This document shows positions 7,540 through 15,843 of a stretch of DNA of 64,000 nucleotides, piece after piece. The notes beneath the pieces are model-generated. The model searched no databases. It had not been told where the DNA came from and was given only the letters and a program-made list of their open reading frames with translations. The translations under genes were made by a program, and so were the position numbers. The stretch is from a virus, in the IMG/VR virus record IMGVR_UViG_3300038412_000061, positions 1-64,000 of that record. The stretch is one strand, 5' to 3'. The number at the start of each line of letters is the position of its first letter. The stretch's first letter is position 1.

Positions 7540-7955
7540 GCTTCCCCCTCTGGGGCCGGGGTAATCAGGGAACAAAGAAGGTCGAAGTCCTCCATGGGGT
7601 CAAAATCGTAGGCCGTGACGTTCCAACCTCGTAAATCCAGTCCGTAGTTATCGGGGTTCTTCGTGGCGCTGTCGCCAATGACTTTCACTATCCGCTCCAA
7701 AGAATCGGCGCGGGTTTCCGCTCGTTCGGCACGCTCACGGAGGGCGACGGCTGGTGTGTACCCGTACAAGTCAGCGGCTACTTGCTCCATAATCGGTAGC
7801 AAGTCAATTAGTCCGTAGCCCAGCGCAATAACGTCTTGTTGTGAGTCGTTGACGTTGGCGATAGCAGAATATGAGGTCCGCAGGTTGTCAAACAATCGGC
7901 TTCGCTCCATCTGTGACAATCCGTCCAGCGCGATTTGTTTTCTCTCGTCGCTCAT
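7536..7955 (-). CDS. Hypothetical protein
   Basis: ORF with overlapping start and stop. Confidence 0.7.
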   Translation of the reverse strand: MSDERKQIALDGLSQMERSRLFDNLRTSYSAIANVNDSQQDVIALGYGLIDLLPIMEQVAADLYGYTPAVALRERAERAETRADSLERIVKVIGDSATKNPDNYGLDLRGWNVTAYDFDPMEDFDLLCSLITPAPEGEA

Positions 7956-8518
7956 TCCGCCTCCTTCCTAATGGCGTCGGCCAAAGCCAACATTGCCTTC
8001 TGCCACATTGCCTTTGATTCACTTAACGCAAAAAACTCTCCTTCACGACGACGTTCAGAGATAATCCCGTCAATCAACTCATCAAGTCTCTCGCGGGACA
8101 GGAGAGCCTCTAAGTGGGCGACGCGGTCTTGGGCGGTGGCGTACTTAACTCTAAATTCCTTAGAGTCGTTTAGAGCCTCTGCCCACTCGTCCTGCTCTTC
8201 TTCGAGCCTCTCGATCTCTGCTCGCAGGCTGTCGGCCCGTAGAACGTGCTCGCGGTTATCGGCCTCTACTGAGGCGAGACGGGTCAGGAGGTAAGGGATG
8301 TCGTCACGGGAGTGGGCGATGAATATCGAATCGTCCTCCTTGGTGAGAGTCTGATTCAACAAGCCAATCTTTACCCCCTGGTTGCTTGGACCCAGGGTTT
8401 TCCCGCTCGTCCTTCCATCGTACTCCGTGCATTGAACTCCTATATTCGACCAGAACACCCACGGTCCCGGCGTGGCCTTGTCCACTCGCTCTTTGATTTC
8501 TTCTATTCGGTCACTCAT
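7952..8518 (-). CDS. Ead/Ea22-like protein with coiled-coil C-terminus
   Basis: KATPGPW...FIAHSRDDIPYLL; start at MSDRIEE with AAAGGAG RBS. Confidence 0.7.
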   Translation of the reverse strand: MSDRIEEIKERVDKATPGPWVFWSNIGVQCTEYDGRTSGKTLGPSNQGVKIGLLNQTLTKEDDSIFIAHSRDDIPYLLTRLASVEADNREHVLRADSLRAEIERLEEEQDEWAEALNDSKEFRVKYATAQDRVAHLEALLSRERLDELIDGIISERRREGEFFALSESKAMWQKAMLALADAIRKEAE

Positions 8519-8735
8519 TCTCCCCACTCCTTTCACTGGCGACCCGCGACGCTCTGATTTCATCACGGTCTTTCTTCCCGCTGTGTTGCCAGCAGTATTC
8601 ACTCGGTGCTACGGCTAGGCGGTAGCACCATTCAGGCGGTGCTGTGTCTCCGTATTCGTAGGCAAGACACATTGCCGGGTAACGACGACGAGCCTCACGT
8701 GCCCTCGTCCAGTAATCATCACGCATCATCCCCAC
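8511..8735 (-). CDS. Hypothetical protein with Cys/His motif
   Basis: ORF track; operon packing. Confidence 0.55.
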   Translation of the reverse strand: MGMMRDDYWTRAREARRRYPAMCLAYEYGDTAPPEWCYRLAVAPSEYCWQHSGKKDRDEIRASRVASERSGENE

Positions 8736-8991
8736 TCCTTTCAGTAGAGAAGGACCGGACGATGGCGATGGAATCGTCCAAGTAAATCAAAGGGCGATTT
8801 GGGCGTGAACCGACATAACTTGGCAGTCCCCTCAACGCCCCTTCCACTATCGACAGTGCCTCTGCAACATGGTCACGTCCTTTGATTACGTCCTCTTTCG
8901 TGGGTGTTTCTACCCAGACTCTTACCCACTCGCCGCCGTCAGTGGGGTCACCGTCCCACTCCCATTCATATTTTCCTTTTTCGCCCATCAA
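8719..8991 (-). CDS. Hypothetical protein
   Basis: ORF track; shares C-terminal AIVRSF module with 6548..6880. Confidence 0.65.
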   Translation of the reverse strand: MMGEKGKYEWEWDGDPTDGGEWVRVWVETPTKEDVIKGRDHVAEALSIVEGALRGLPSYVGSRPNRPLIYLDDSIAIVRSFSTERSGDDA

Positions 8992-9428
8992 TCACCCCCA
9001 GAGGTCAGAGACGCGCCGCACCGAGGACAGTTGTTGTAATCCAGCCCTGCGTAGATGGTGCTGGCGTAACTATTTCCGTGAATGTCATTGTGCTGGCACT
9101 TCTCCGGTAGGGGGGAGAGGGACTCTTCGGAGGCTCTTCCATAGCCTGGAACTTCATAGAAAATCACCGGGCTTCCGACCTCTCGTATGCGGTCATTTTT
9201 AGGCTCATGCTTGAGTGTCACCCGGTCCCCCACCTTGAATCGAGGCACGAGTGCCCGTTCCAGTTGCGCCGTGAGGTCGTCAATCACCAGTTGCGCTTCG
9301 TCCTTGGCTTGCTCGGCGTGCTGGTCGGCGTAGCGTTGAATGAGGGGCAAAGACCTGCGCCAGTAACCGCCTTCCACTAGGGCTACCGCTCCGCGTATGT
9401 CCTCCATCGTGACTCTCTCAGTCATCAT
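8988..9428 (-). CDS. Hypothetical protein (FKVGDRV SH3-like motif, C-terminal CPRCG)
   Basis: ORF track; RBS. Confidence 0.7.
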   Translation of the reverse strand: MMTERVTMEDIRGAVALVEGGYWRRSLPLIQRYADQHAEQAKDEAQLVIDDLTAQLERALVPRFKVGDRVTLKHEPKNDRIREVGSPVIFYEVPGYGRASEESLSPLPEKCQHNDIHGNSYASTIYAGLDYNNCPRCGASLTSGGD

Positions 9429-9892
9429 TTCTCTCCTTGAATGTGAATGACGTGACCCGTAACACTAGGGTGTGCCATTTCTTCTAGTACATCCCTGATG
9501 CTCCGTAGGCCACTTTCAGTCTTGTACTCCAAGAGGCCGATTATGTGGCCAACGTCCTCAAGGGTTTTCGCAGCGCGAGCGTCAGCTGCCGTAGCAGCAA
9601 CAGATTGACCCACCATGATGATCGATAGAAGAACTAGTTGTAGGAAGGCAGTAGACAGCCACTGGACAAACCCAATTCCACCGGGTGCTAAGGCGGTAGG
9701 TAGGCCGGATAGGGCAAGCAACGCGAAAGCATAGGCGCAAGCCATAGTGCCAACTCCACTGGTGATGATGACAGCTAGCTTTGCGTTAAAGCCCTCCACC
9801 TTCTTTATGTCTGCCTTTATCCCACGCAAAGAAATTGCTTTCTTCATGTGGCTTACGGTGCTATGAAGAGGATCGTACTCCACCATGTTCAC
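9425..9892 (-). CDS. DUF1003-like membrane protein
   Basis: FNAKLAVIITSGVGTM...QWLSTAFLQLVLLSIIMVGQ; two TM segments. Confidence 0.7.
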   Translation of the reverse strand: MNMVEYDPLHSTVSHMKKAISLRGIKADIKKVEGFNAKLAVIITSGVGTMACAYAFALLALSGLPTALAPGGIGFVQWLSTAFLQLVLLSIIMVGQSVAATAADARAAKTLEDVGHIIGLLEYKTESGLRSIRDVLEEMAHPSVTGHVIHIQGEK

Positions 9893-10037
9893 TCACCTCT
9901 CCTGTTCATCAACGTTCTCCAAAGACCCCAATACAAGAACACCATGATTCCAAGTGAAAATCCAAATGCTGGATAGACAACAATCGCGCAAATGAGAAAA
10001 GGAATGATTATGAAAATAAATGCTATGAGCGCAAACA

Positions 10038-11222
10038 TCAGTGAGTCCCCTTGTAATTAAGGATCTGGTGAAGGACGTGGTCTATTCGAGTTAGCTCTTT
10101 CTGTCGGTCCATCACCTCTTCTATGGGCTTGTAGGCAGATGGTGACTCATCCAGGAGCTCCTCAGCGTTTCCGCTGTTCCAGGCCTTGCCCTCCATCTGC
10201 GCGTTAAGCATTTCAACGGTAAGCTCTTTTTTAGCACGTCCGCGCGAGAGCAAGCGGCCAGCGCCGTGTGAAGAAGAATTTAGAGAGGCCTCATTTCCAA
10301 GGCCGGTAGTGATGTAAGTCGCTGCACCCATGGAACCGGGTATGACTCCACGATCACCCTTGTCCGCCTTGATGGCACCCTTACGCGTTACCCATAAACG
10401 CTTGCCCCAATGGTTCTCCTGCTCAGTGAAATTATGGTGGCAGTTGATTTGTGCTTCAGAGATGACATCAGCCATTGGAAGGAAGTTGCGCACTGCTTCA
10501 TATGTCCCGCGCATCATTACTTCACGGTTCTGAAGAGCCCATGACTGAGCCCAGCGAAGGTCGTAAATGTAGTTGTCGAACAGCCTGTTCCCCTCCAAGA
10601 AGTAGGCCAAATCGGGGTCAGGCAAGGTTTCGCCACTCTGGTGCATCAACTCCTTAGCTATCTTGATGTGCTTGGTAGCCAGTTGGTTGCCAATACCGCG
10701 CGAACCAGAGTGCAGTACGATCCATACACGGTCCAACTCGTCAAGACACACTTCTACAAAGTGGTTTCCAGCTCCCAATGTTCCCATCTGCTCGGTGATA
10801 GTGTTCACCTGCTTATCGCTCAAACTTGACGGCCCCATGTAGGCAGGAACTTTTCGGGTGTGGCGCATACGATCCCAGTACGAGGCGAACTCGTGACCCT
10901 GACCAACACCAGAAGGAACCGCCTTTCTGATGAGGCTGTGGAGCGCGCTCAAATCATCAGGAAGATCGTTAGATGTGAGGTTAAGACGCATGGCTATCAT
11001 TCCGCATCCGATGTCAACGCCAACGGCGTACGGGATGATGGCACCCTCTGTTGCTATGACGGAGCCGACCGGGACCCCGTATCCTTGGTGTCCATCAGCC
11101 ATAACAGCAACTGGCTTCTGAACGAAAGGAAGCTTGGCAACGTTGGAGGCTTGCTGTACAGCTCCAGCCTCTAGGTTTGGGTCCCAGCTTAGTACGTCTG
11201 GTGTCAAAAGTTCCGGGATCAT
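10038..11222 (-). CDS. rtcB: RtcB RNA ligase
   Basis: DGHQGYG, GVDIGCGM, GTLGAGNHFVE, LHSGSRG, NCHHN, RKGA, PGSMG, SHGAGR, DESPSAYK motifs. Confidence 0.97.
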   Translation of the reverse strand: MIPELLTPDVLSWDPNLEAGAVQQASNVAKLPFVQKPVAVMADGHQGYGVPVGSVIATEGAIIPYAVGVDIGCGMIAMRLNLTSNDLPDDLSALHSLIRKAVPSGVGQGHEFASYWDRMRHTRKVPAYMGPSSLSDKQVNTITEQMGTLGAGNHFVEVCLDELDRVWIVLHSGSRGIGNQLATKHIKIAKELMHQSGETLPDPDLAYFLEGNRLFDNYIYDLRWAQSWALQNREVMMRGTYEAVRNFLPMADVISEAQINCHHNFTEQENHWGKRLWVTRKGAIKADKGDRGVIPGSMGAATYITTGLGNEASLNSSSHGAGRLLSRGRAKKELTVEMLNAQMEGKAWNSGNAEELLDESPSAYKPIEEVMDRQKELTRIDHVLHQILNYKGTH

Positions 11223-11224
11223 TG

Positions 11225-11512
11225 TTAGTTTCTCTCTGTTCTTTCCGGCTCTGGTAATAGAGTTGTTATGGTTGGTGCGTCTCCCAGGGCAGCCTGAAGA
11301 CCTCGCTGTATGCAGACATCGATTCCATCTCCGTAACGGTGCATGAACTCAACGTTTTCTTCACTGGCCCAATCGGCTCTAACTCCAATGGGTCCTTTGG
11401 AAACCAAGTAAACGTTTACGTCGTCCTCCTTGGTGCCTCCCAAAACTCGGCCAATGTGCCACGAGTGGATAGGCTTCTGGTTAACGTAAACCTCGATGTG
11501 TATTGGGCTCAC
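11225..11512 (-). CDS. Hypothetical protein
   Basis: ORF track. Confidence 0.7.
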   Translation of the reverse strand: MSPIHIEVYVNQKPIHSWHIGRVLGGTKEDDVNVYLVSKGPIGVRADWASEENVEFMHRYGDGIDVCIQRGLQAALGDAPTITTLLPEPERTERN

Positions 11513-11681
11513 CGCCTACGCTCCCTCATGACGCTCCTGACCCCTGCATCCATCACGAACATTCCAGAGACTGAAAGCGAAAGATAGATGATGCCGTTTA
11601 AAAAAGTGAATCGGCTGTCTCCCAAAAAATTACCCGCAGTGATTATGAGAAAAAATGACCCTAGCTTGTAGAAGAACGGCA

Positions 11682-12623
11682 TCAAAACTCAACTCCCTTT
11701 GTTTTTAGGTAGGCGACTGCCTGAAGAAACATTTCTTCAGGTGAGCCGTCATTCATGATCTCGAAGTCCTCAAGCCCAATTGACGCAGTCTCAGAGATGT
11801 GTCCATTCACCGGCCCTTTCCCCTCTCGTGTCACGCGGATCACACTACCTCCGCGCTCCTTGATAGCTGCAACCTCATTCTCAAAGCGTACATCGGAGAC
11901 TATCAGTTTAGCAGAGTTCGCCCGATTAAGCAACCCATCCACCCAAACATTCTCACCTAGGTGTTGGCGTCCACCTTCAGTACCTAGGCGCTGAAGAAGT
12001 TGGCGAATCTCAGGAACGTCCAACTTTGCCCTTTCCCAGCCGAACGCGTCAACGTAGTCGCTAATACGCACAACGCCGTTGTGTCCAAACCCATCGCCTA
12101 CAACAGCCCAATTGGGGTCGGGGAGGATAGGATTCATTGCGTAAAGCATACCACGCATACTGTCAGCGAAACCACCACGAGCAAAGCCAAGACGATTGAC
12201 GAACTGAGCCGCCAGGGTATCCTTGCCAGCTTGCGCAAACCCTGTAAGGCCGATTAGCAACTCCCTCTCCAGGTATGAGTTATCAGCGTCAACACGGTAC
12301 ATGTCCAACTTTAAGCGACCTGCGAAGGCGCGCTCTAAAGATGCACCCTTAGACCTCTCCCATCCTGGGATGAAAGCTATCGCTGAGCACTCAGTCAGCG
12401 CTTTGTAGTCTCGGACCATGGCAGCGTGATAGTCGTCAGCAGTGAACTCGCGACTAGCCCACTCAGGGTCGTTGGGGTCATGCCCTGCCTGCCGGTCAAG
12501 GTCAGCGGGGGAGATGGGGTCCCAGCCCTGCTCAGCCAAGAACCGAGCATTGCGGTCGAAAGACGGAAAGTTGAACTGGTCGATTCCAGTCATCGGGCCT
12601 GCTACATAGATCCTGCCTCCCAT
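11682..12623 (-). CDS. Fusion of DUF4406 (deoxyribosyltransferase-like) and deoxynucleoside monophosphate kinase
   Basis: N-term IYVAGPMTG..FNFPSF..PGWERSKGASLE; C-term IGLTGFAQAGKDT, RQLLQRLGTE, SDVRFENE, HISE. Confidence 0.9.
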   Translation of the reverse strand: MGGRIYVAGPMTGIDQFNFPSFDRNARFLAEQGWDPISPADLDRQAGHDPNDPEWASREFTADDYHAAMVRDYKALTECSAIAFIPGWERSKGASLERAFAGRLKLDMYRVDADNSYLERELLIGLTGFAQAGKDTLAAQFVNRLGFARGGFADSMRGMLYAMNPILPDPNWAVVGDGFGHNGVVRISDYVDAFGWERAKLDVPEIRQLLQRLGTEGGRQHLGENVWVDGLLNRANSAKLIVSDVRFENEVAAIKERGGSVIRVTREGKGPVNGHISETASIGLEDFEIMNDGSPEEMFLQAVAYLKTKGVEF

Positions 12624-13159
12624 TACAGGTACCCCCCAACAGTCAGGAACTCCTGCTCGCTGTGTTCTGCGGGACGAGGGGCCTTCACCTTGGGAGCCTT
12701 GATACCGTAGTGGTTGAGCGTGGAGAGATTGGCCTCAGCTACGGCCTTCCAATAAGCAATTTCTTGATTACGCCTCTTTGCTTGTTCGATGTGAAGCGTG
12801 ATTTGCTTTCGCTGCTCAGACACCCGAGAGCGCAGGTTCTTCAACTCGTCTCCATGATTATGTCCGAAAGCTGTGTGCACAGCATTCAACAGAAGCATGT
12901 TGTGACGGTCACCTTCCTCGTACCCCTCCAACGCTTCCTTGAGGGATACGATCTCCTCCTCAGCAGACTCAAGGCAATCAACAACCTTGTTGTGCTCCTT
13001 AGCTATGGCATCCCACTCCTCTGTAGTGAACACAATAGCGAACGACTTTCGAGTCTGGGGATCACAAACGAGAACGTTTGGTGCACCATGGTCTTCTAGG
13101 GCGCGCTTTATCCCATAGGCAGTGTTGATGTCTCTGGCTCGCTGGCCTATATCTGTCAT
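12623..13159 (-). CDS. Hypothetical coiled-coil protein
   Basis: GGAGG RBS before MTDIGQ. Confidence 0.75.
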   Translation of the reverse strand: MTDIGQRARDINTAYGIKRALEDHGAPNVLVCDPQTRKSFAIVFTTEEWDAIAKEHNKVVDCLESAEEEIVSLKEALEGYEEGDRHNMLLLNAVHTAFGHNHGDELKNLRSRVSEQRKQITLHIEQAKRRNQEIAYWKAVAEANLSTLNHYGIKAPKVKAPRPAEHSEQEFLTVGGYL

Positions 13160-13186
13160 TTGTTTTCCTCCGAGTAGACTACTCAA

Positions 13187-13215
13187 AGGTTACCACAGAC
13201 TTTACTGAATTGCAA
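13187..13215 (-). promoter_or_regulatory. SigA-type promoter for the accessory operon
   Basis: TTGCAA-17-TAACCT with TGn. Confidence 0.65.
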
Positions 13216-13242
13216 CAGAAATTTGCATAAATTGAAAATTAG

Positions 13243-13313
13243 TCCGGGCAGCACGAATCGGACATGCGGAGTCGAAGATATAAGCTTCGATTGGATAACC
13301 AATCCATACCCGG
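13243..13313 (-). tRNA. Non-canonical tRNA, anticodon TAT (Ile)
   Basis: CCGGGTA/TGCCCGG acceptor, 6-bp anticodon stem, loop CTTATAT, 5-nt D-loop, T-loop TCCGATT. Confidence 0.6.
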
Positions 13314-13314
13314 T

Positions 13315-13389
13315 TGGTCGAGGTACCCGGAGTCGAACCGAGAGCGCAAGGCTTAGAACACCTTTGGCAGTCCATCCGCCACTACCCCG
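13315..13389 (-). tRNA. Atypical tRNA-Arg(TCT), CCA encoded
   Basis: AAGGT-GTTCTAA-GCCTT anticodon arm, TTCGACT T-loop, G at positions 8 and 32. Confidence 0.7.
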
Positions 13390-13391
13390 TT

Positions 13392-13560
13392 GTAGGTCAC
13401 TTTACGGGTGACCAATCCCCCGAAGCAAGTGGTAACCAACCCTAGTCTCTTCGGCACAACTAACGTCAACCGCCATGAATATCCACTTTGGTTAGAGTGG
13501 CCCATCTGGTGTCTCCCCAGCGTTCTGTCCTCACACGGCTCAGGCGCGTTAATTGCGTTC
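13392..13560 (-). ncRNA. Candidate multi-domain pseudoknotted ncRNA (~170 nt)
   Basis: 11-bp closing helix with two G.U pairs specific to this strand, four further helices, 7-nt loop-loop complementarity; own promoter. Confidence 0.65.
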
Positions 13561-13566
13561 GAATAA

Positions 13567-13595
13567 AGTGTAGCACATGTTATAATTTGTGTCAA
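13567..13595 (-). promoter_or_regulatory. SigA-type promoter
   Basis: TTGACA-17-TACACT with TGn. Confidence 0.85.
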
Positions 13596-13599
13596 GTGC

Positions 13600-13651
13600 A
13601 AAAACAAAAAGTACCCCGGCAATGTGTTTTGACAGGGATTGCTCCGGAGTT
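13600..13651 (-). terminator. Terminator of the upstream tRNA transcript
   Basis: ACTCCGG(A)GCAAT...ATTGCCGGGGT followed by ACTTTTTGTTTTT. Confidence 0.65.
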
Positions 13652-13656
13652 TTAAG

Positions 13657-13730
13657 CTCTAGGAGATGGGGTCGAACCACCAAGTCTCTCGGTTCAGAGC
13701 CGAGTATTTTTCCGGTTAAACTATCCTAGA
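13657..13730 (-). tRNA. tRNA-Gln(CTG)
   Basis: Cloverleaf; loop CTCTGAA. Confidence 0.88.
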
Positions 13731-13748
13731 ATGTAAAAATGCAAAGCG

Positions 13749-13834
13749 CGGATAGAGTGAGATTTGAACTCACGCGGCTATGACACCCTAACGGTTTAGC
13801 AAACCGTCCCCTTAAACCACTTGGGTACCTATCC
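13749..13834 (-). tRNA. tRNA-Ser(GCT)
   Basis: Long variable arm; loop TTGCTAA. Confidence 0.92.
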
Positions 13835-13838
13835 ATTG

Positions 13839-13909
13839 CTCTGGGAACTGGACTCGAACCAATACCTTACGGGTTCAAAGCCCGCCGTCCTGCCTTAGAC
13901 TATCCCAGA
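13839..13909 (-). tRNA. tRNA-Gln(TTG)
   Basis: Cloverleaf; loop CTTTGAA. Confidence 0.92.
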
Positions 13910-14046
13910 TCGATCACTGCGTAATTCTTGATTCTTCTTCCGTGCCCTATTTCGCGTTTTAAACTTCTGTCGCGGGGACGACACCATTCGCAAGAATGGC
14001 CCTCAGGGCAAACTTTCCAAGCTTTATTTCTAACGGTCCTGCTCAA
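13900..14046 (-). CDS. 48-aa basic peptide (MSRTVRNKAWKVCPEGHSCEWCRPRDR...)
   Basis: GGAGG RBS, TTG start; stop overlaps the 5' end of tRNA-Gln(TTG). Confidence 0.5.
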   Translation of the reverse strand: MSRTVRNKAWKVCPEGHSCEWCRPRDRSLKREIGHGRRIKNYAVIDLG

Positions 14047-14188
14047 AACTCTTCCTCCACTCAACTTCTTCTGAGCGCCGTCGGATCTTATGACTAGGAG
14101 ATTCCAAGCCGTGATCCATGCAGTAACAAATTCCCCTACCGGGGATTTTGCATAAAGCGGTTTTCATCCTGCCCATCATTTTAGCCAT
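14030..14188 (-). CDS. 52-aa basic peptide (MAKMMGRMKTALCKIPGRGICYC...KIRRRSEEVEW)
   Basis: ATG shares its A with the CCA of tRNA-Leu(CAA); fills the spacer. Confidence 0.5.
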   Translation of the reverse strand: MAKMMGRMKTALCKIPGRGICYCMDHGLESPSHKIRRRSEEVEWRKSFEQDR

Positions 14189-14263
14189 GGTCCTGATCTA
14201 GGGAGTCGAACCCTAACTGTGACGCTTTTGAAACGCCTATCTCTGCCATTGGATTACATCAGG
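14188..14263 (-). tRNA. tRNA-Leu(CAA) with short variable arm, CCA encoded
   Basis: Loop TTCAAAA; ~5-nt variable region. Confidence 0.8.
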
Positions 14264-14325
14264 ATAACTCCCATCTACCCCTGCATCTCACTTAAGAAAT
14301 TTCGCATCGGGGGTAGTAGGGATAG

Positions 14326-14396
14326 AGGCGAGAACAGGATTTGAACCCGTGTAAGAGGTGTTGCAAGCCTCCACCTAACCGCTCGGACATCCCGCC
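14326..14396 (-). tRNA. tRNA-Cys(GCA)
   Basis: TTGCAAC loop, U73. Confidence 0.85.
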
Positions 14397-14411
14397 ATTG
14401 TTACTGCTTCG

Positions 14412-14493
14412 TACTCATGGGGAGACTTGAACTCCCACCCCTTTCGGGACTAGTTTCTAAAACTAGCGCGGTTGCCGATTACGCCACACGAGC
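14412..14493 (-). tRNA. tRNA-Leu(TAG)
   Basis: Long variable arm; loop TTTAGAA. Confidence 0.92.
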
Positions 14494-14506
14494 ATGTATT
14501 ACTTAG

Positions 14507-14588
14507 TTCGGAAGAGGAGACTCGAACTCCTACGCTTTTAAGCAAGGGGGTTTAAGCCCCTCGTGGCTACCGATTACACCACTTCCGA
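14507..14588 (-). tRNA. tRNA-Leu(TAA)
   Basis: Long variable arm; loop CTTAAAC. Confidence 0.92.
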
Positions 14589-14675
14589 ATAGAACAGTCC
14601 ACTCTCGGATACTGTCATCTGTCACGACCTCCGCTGTCGTTGCGTTCGGTTCATAAGCATAGCCGAATTGCTTCG

Positions 14676-14749
14676 TGGAGAGTAAGGGACTCGAACCCTT
14701 GGTATCTTCGGTGCAAGCGAAGCGCAGTTGCCGCTGTAGCCAACTCCCC
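14676..14749 (-). tRNA. tRNA-Ala(TGC)
   Basis: G3.U70; loop CTTGCAC. Confidence 0.9.
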
Positions 14750-14851
14750 ATATAAGGTACTTTTAAGTCATGCCCAGGACTGGGGCTAGCGAGTAGTCAG
14801 AGACTACCGTCAACCTCCACCAGTATGCTTTTTACTTCATCCCAAGAAGAG

Positions 14852-14924
14852 TGGAAACGGTGGGATTTGAACCCACGACCTCTAGTATGCCATACTAGCG
14901 CACTACCAACTGTGCTACATCCCC
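14852..14924 (-). tRNA. tRNA-Ala(GGC)
   Basis: G3.U70; loop ATGGCAT. Confidence 0.93.
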
Positions 14925-15000
14925 ATGTTCTCGTCTCTCCGAGATGTCACCACAGTTCGCTGCGGTTGCAAAGTAGAAGCCTCTAGAAGCCGCTACTTCG

Positions 15001-15072
15001 TGGTTCCCGAACGGTTCGAACGTTCTCCGCAAGGTTTTCAAGCTCGCGTGCCTCCAGGTACACCAGAGAACC
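15001..15072 (-). tRNA. tRNA-Phe(GAA)
   Basis: Loop TTGAAAA. Confidence 0.85.
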
Positions 15073-15154
15073 AAGTGAAGCAGCGGGTGGTTATCCCAAT
15101 TGGCAACTCAGTTACGCAGGCAACGACTCTGCCACCGTGCCCTAAACTACTTCG

Positions 15155-15228
15155 TACAGACTGAGGGAGTCGAACCCCCGAACCTTCTCCTTGTAAAAGA
15201 GACACTCTGGCCACTGAGTTAAGTCTGC
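15155..15228 (-). tRNA. tRNA-Val(TAC)
   Basis: Loop TTTACAA. Confidence 0.9.
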
Positions 15229-15276
15229 ATGTGTCGGTCTTTCCCGACTGTATAGAGAGGCGCTAGCCACCCATCG

Positions 15277-15349
15277 TCTCCCCACACCGACTCGAACGGT
15301 GATCGCTGGTTTCGTAGACCAGAATTTTAATCCATTAAACTACAAGGAG
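15277..15349 (-). tRNA. tRNA-Arg(ACG)
   Basis: Loop CTACGAA. Confidence 0.9.
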
Positions 15350-15414
15350 AAGCGGGCCTTTTAGTGACATGCCCAGGTACACCATTAAATGGGTACTGCG
15401 GGGAAGATCCCCAG

Positions 15415-15488
15415 TTGTGCAAGAGGGATTCGAACCCACGACCGACCGCGTATCAGACGGTTGCTCTACCAGACCGAGCTACTGCACA
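15415..15488 (-). tRNA. tRNA-Ile(GAT)
   Basis: Loop CTGATAC. Confidence 0.9.
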
Positions 15489-15502
15489 TCGTTTACTGCT
15501 AG

Positions 15503-15578
15503 TAGCGGCGGCGGGATTTGAACCCGCGATTCCTTGGTTATGAGCCAAGTGCCGTAGACCAGACTGGGCCACACCGCA
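15503..15578 (-). tRNA. tRNA-Met(CAT), initiator-like
   Basis: Loop CTCATAA; 1:72 mismatch. Confidence 0.88.
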
Positions 15579-15640
15579 TCGAACTACCGGCTTCTCCCCG
15601 GCAGGCTGTTCGGGCCTTAACGCGGGGGAGAAGCACTAGG

Positions 15641-15712
15641 GGTGAGCGAGGAGAATCGAACTCCCGCGACTTGGGTCACATCCAAGCGGTCTACCACTAA
15701 CCTACATCCACC
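15641..15712 (-). tRNA. tRNA-His(GTG)
   Basis: G-1:C73; loop ATGTGAC. Confidence 0.9.
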
Positions 15713-15803
15713 ATGTCTTCACTGGGCGGAACCTCACCCCCAGCGTTACCATCCCCGCTAACCCCCGGATGGCTTCCATACTGTTGGAACGAACTTCTTT
15801 CCA

Positions 15804-15832
15804 AGTGTAGCATAACTCCTGCCACTTGTCAA
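15804..15832 (-). promoter_or_regulatory. SigA-type promoter inside the tRNA array
   Basis: TTGACA-17-TACACT with TGn. Confidence 0.85.
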
Positions 15833-15843
15833 ATCTTTTTTCG

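Noticed and set aside
13315-13389. Amber suppressor implying genome-wide TAG recoding
   Set aside because: The standard 7-nt loop gives TCT, and TAG ends many intact genes (protease, capsid, baseplate J) with no gene fragmentation.
13530-13545. GAGCCGTGTG resembling group II intron domain V
   Set aside because: No complementary 3' strand of domain V and no other intron domains or maturase.
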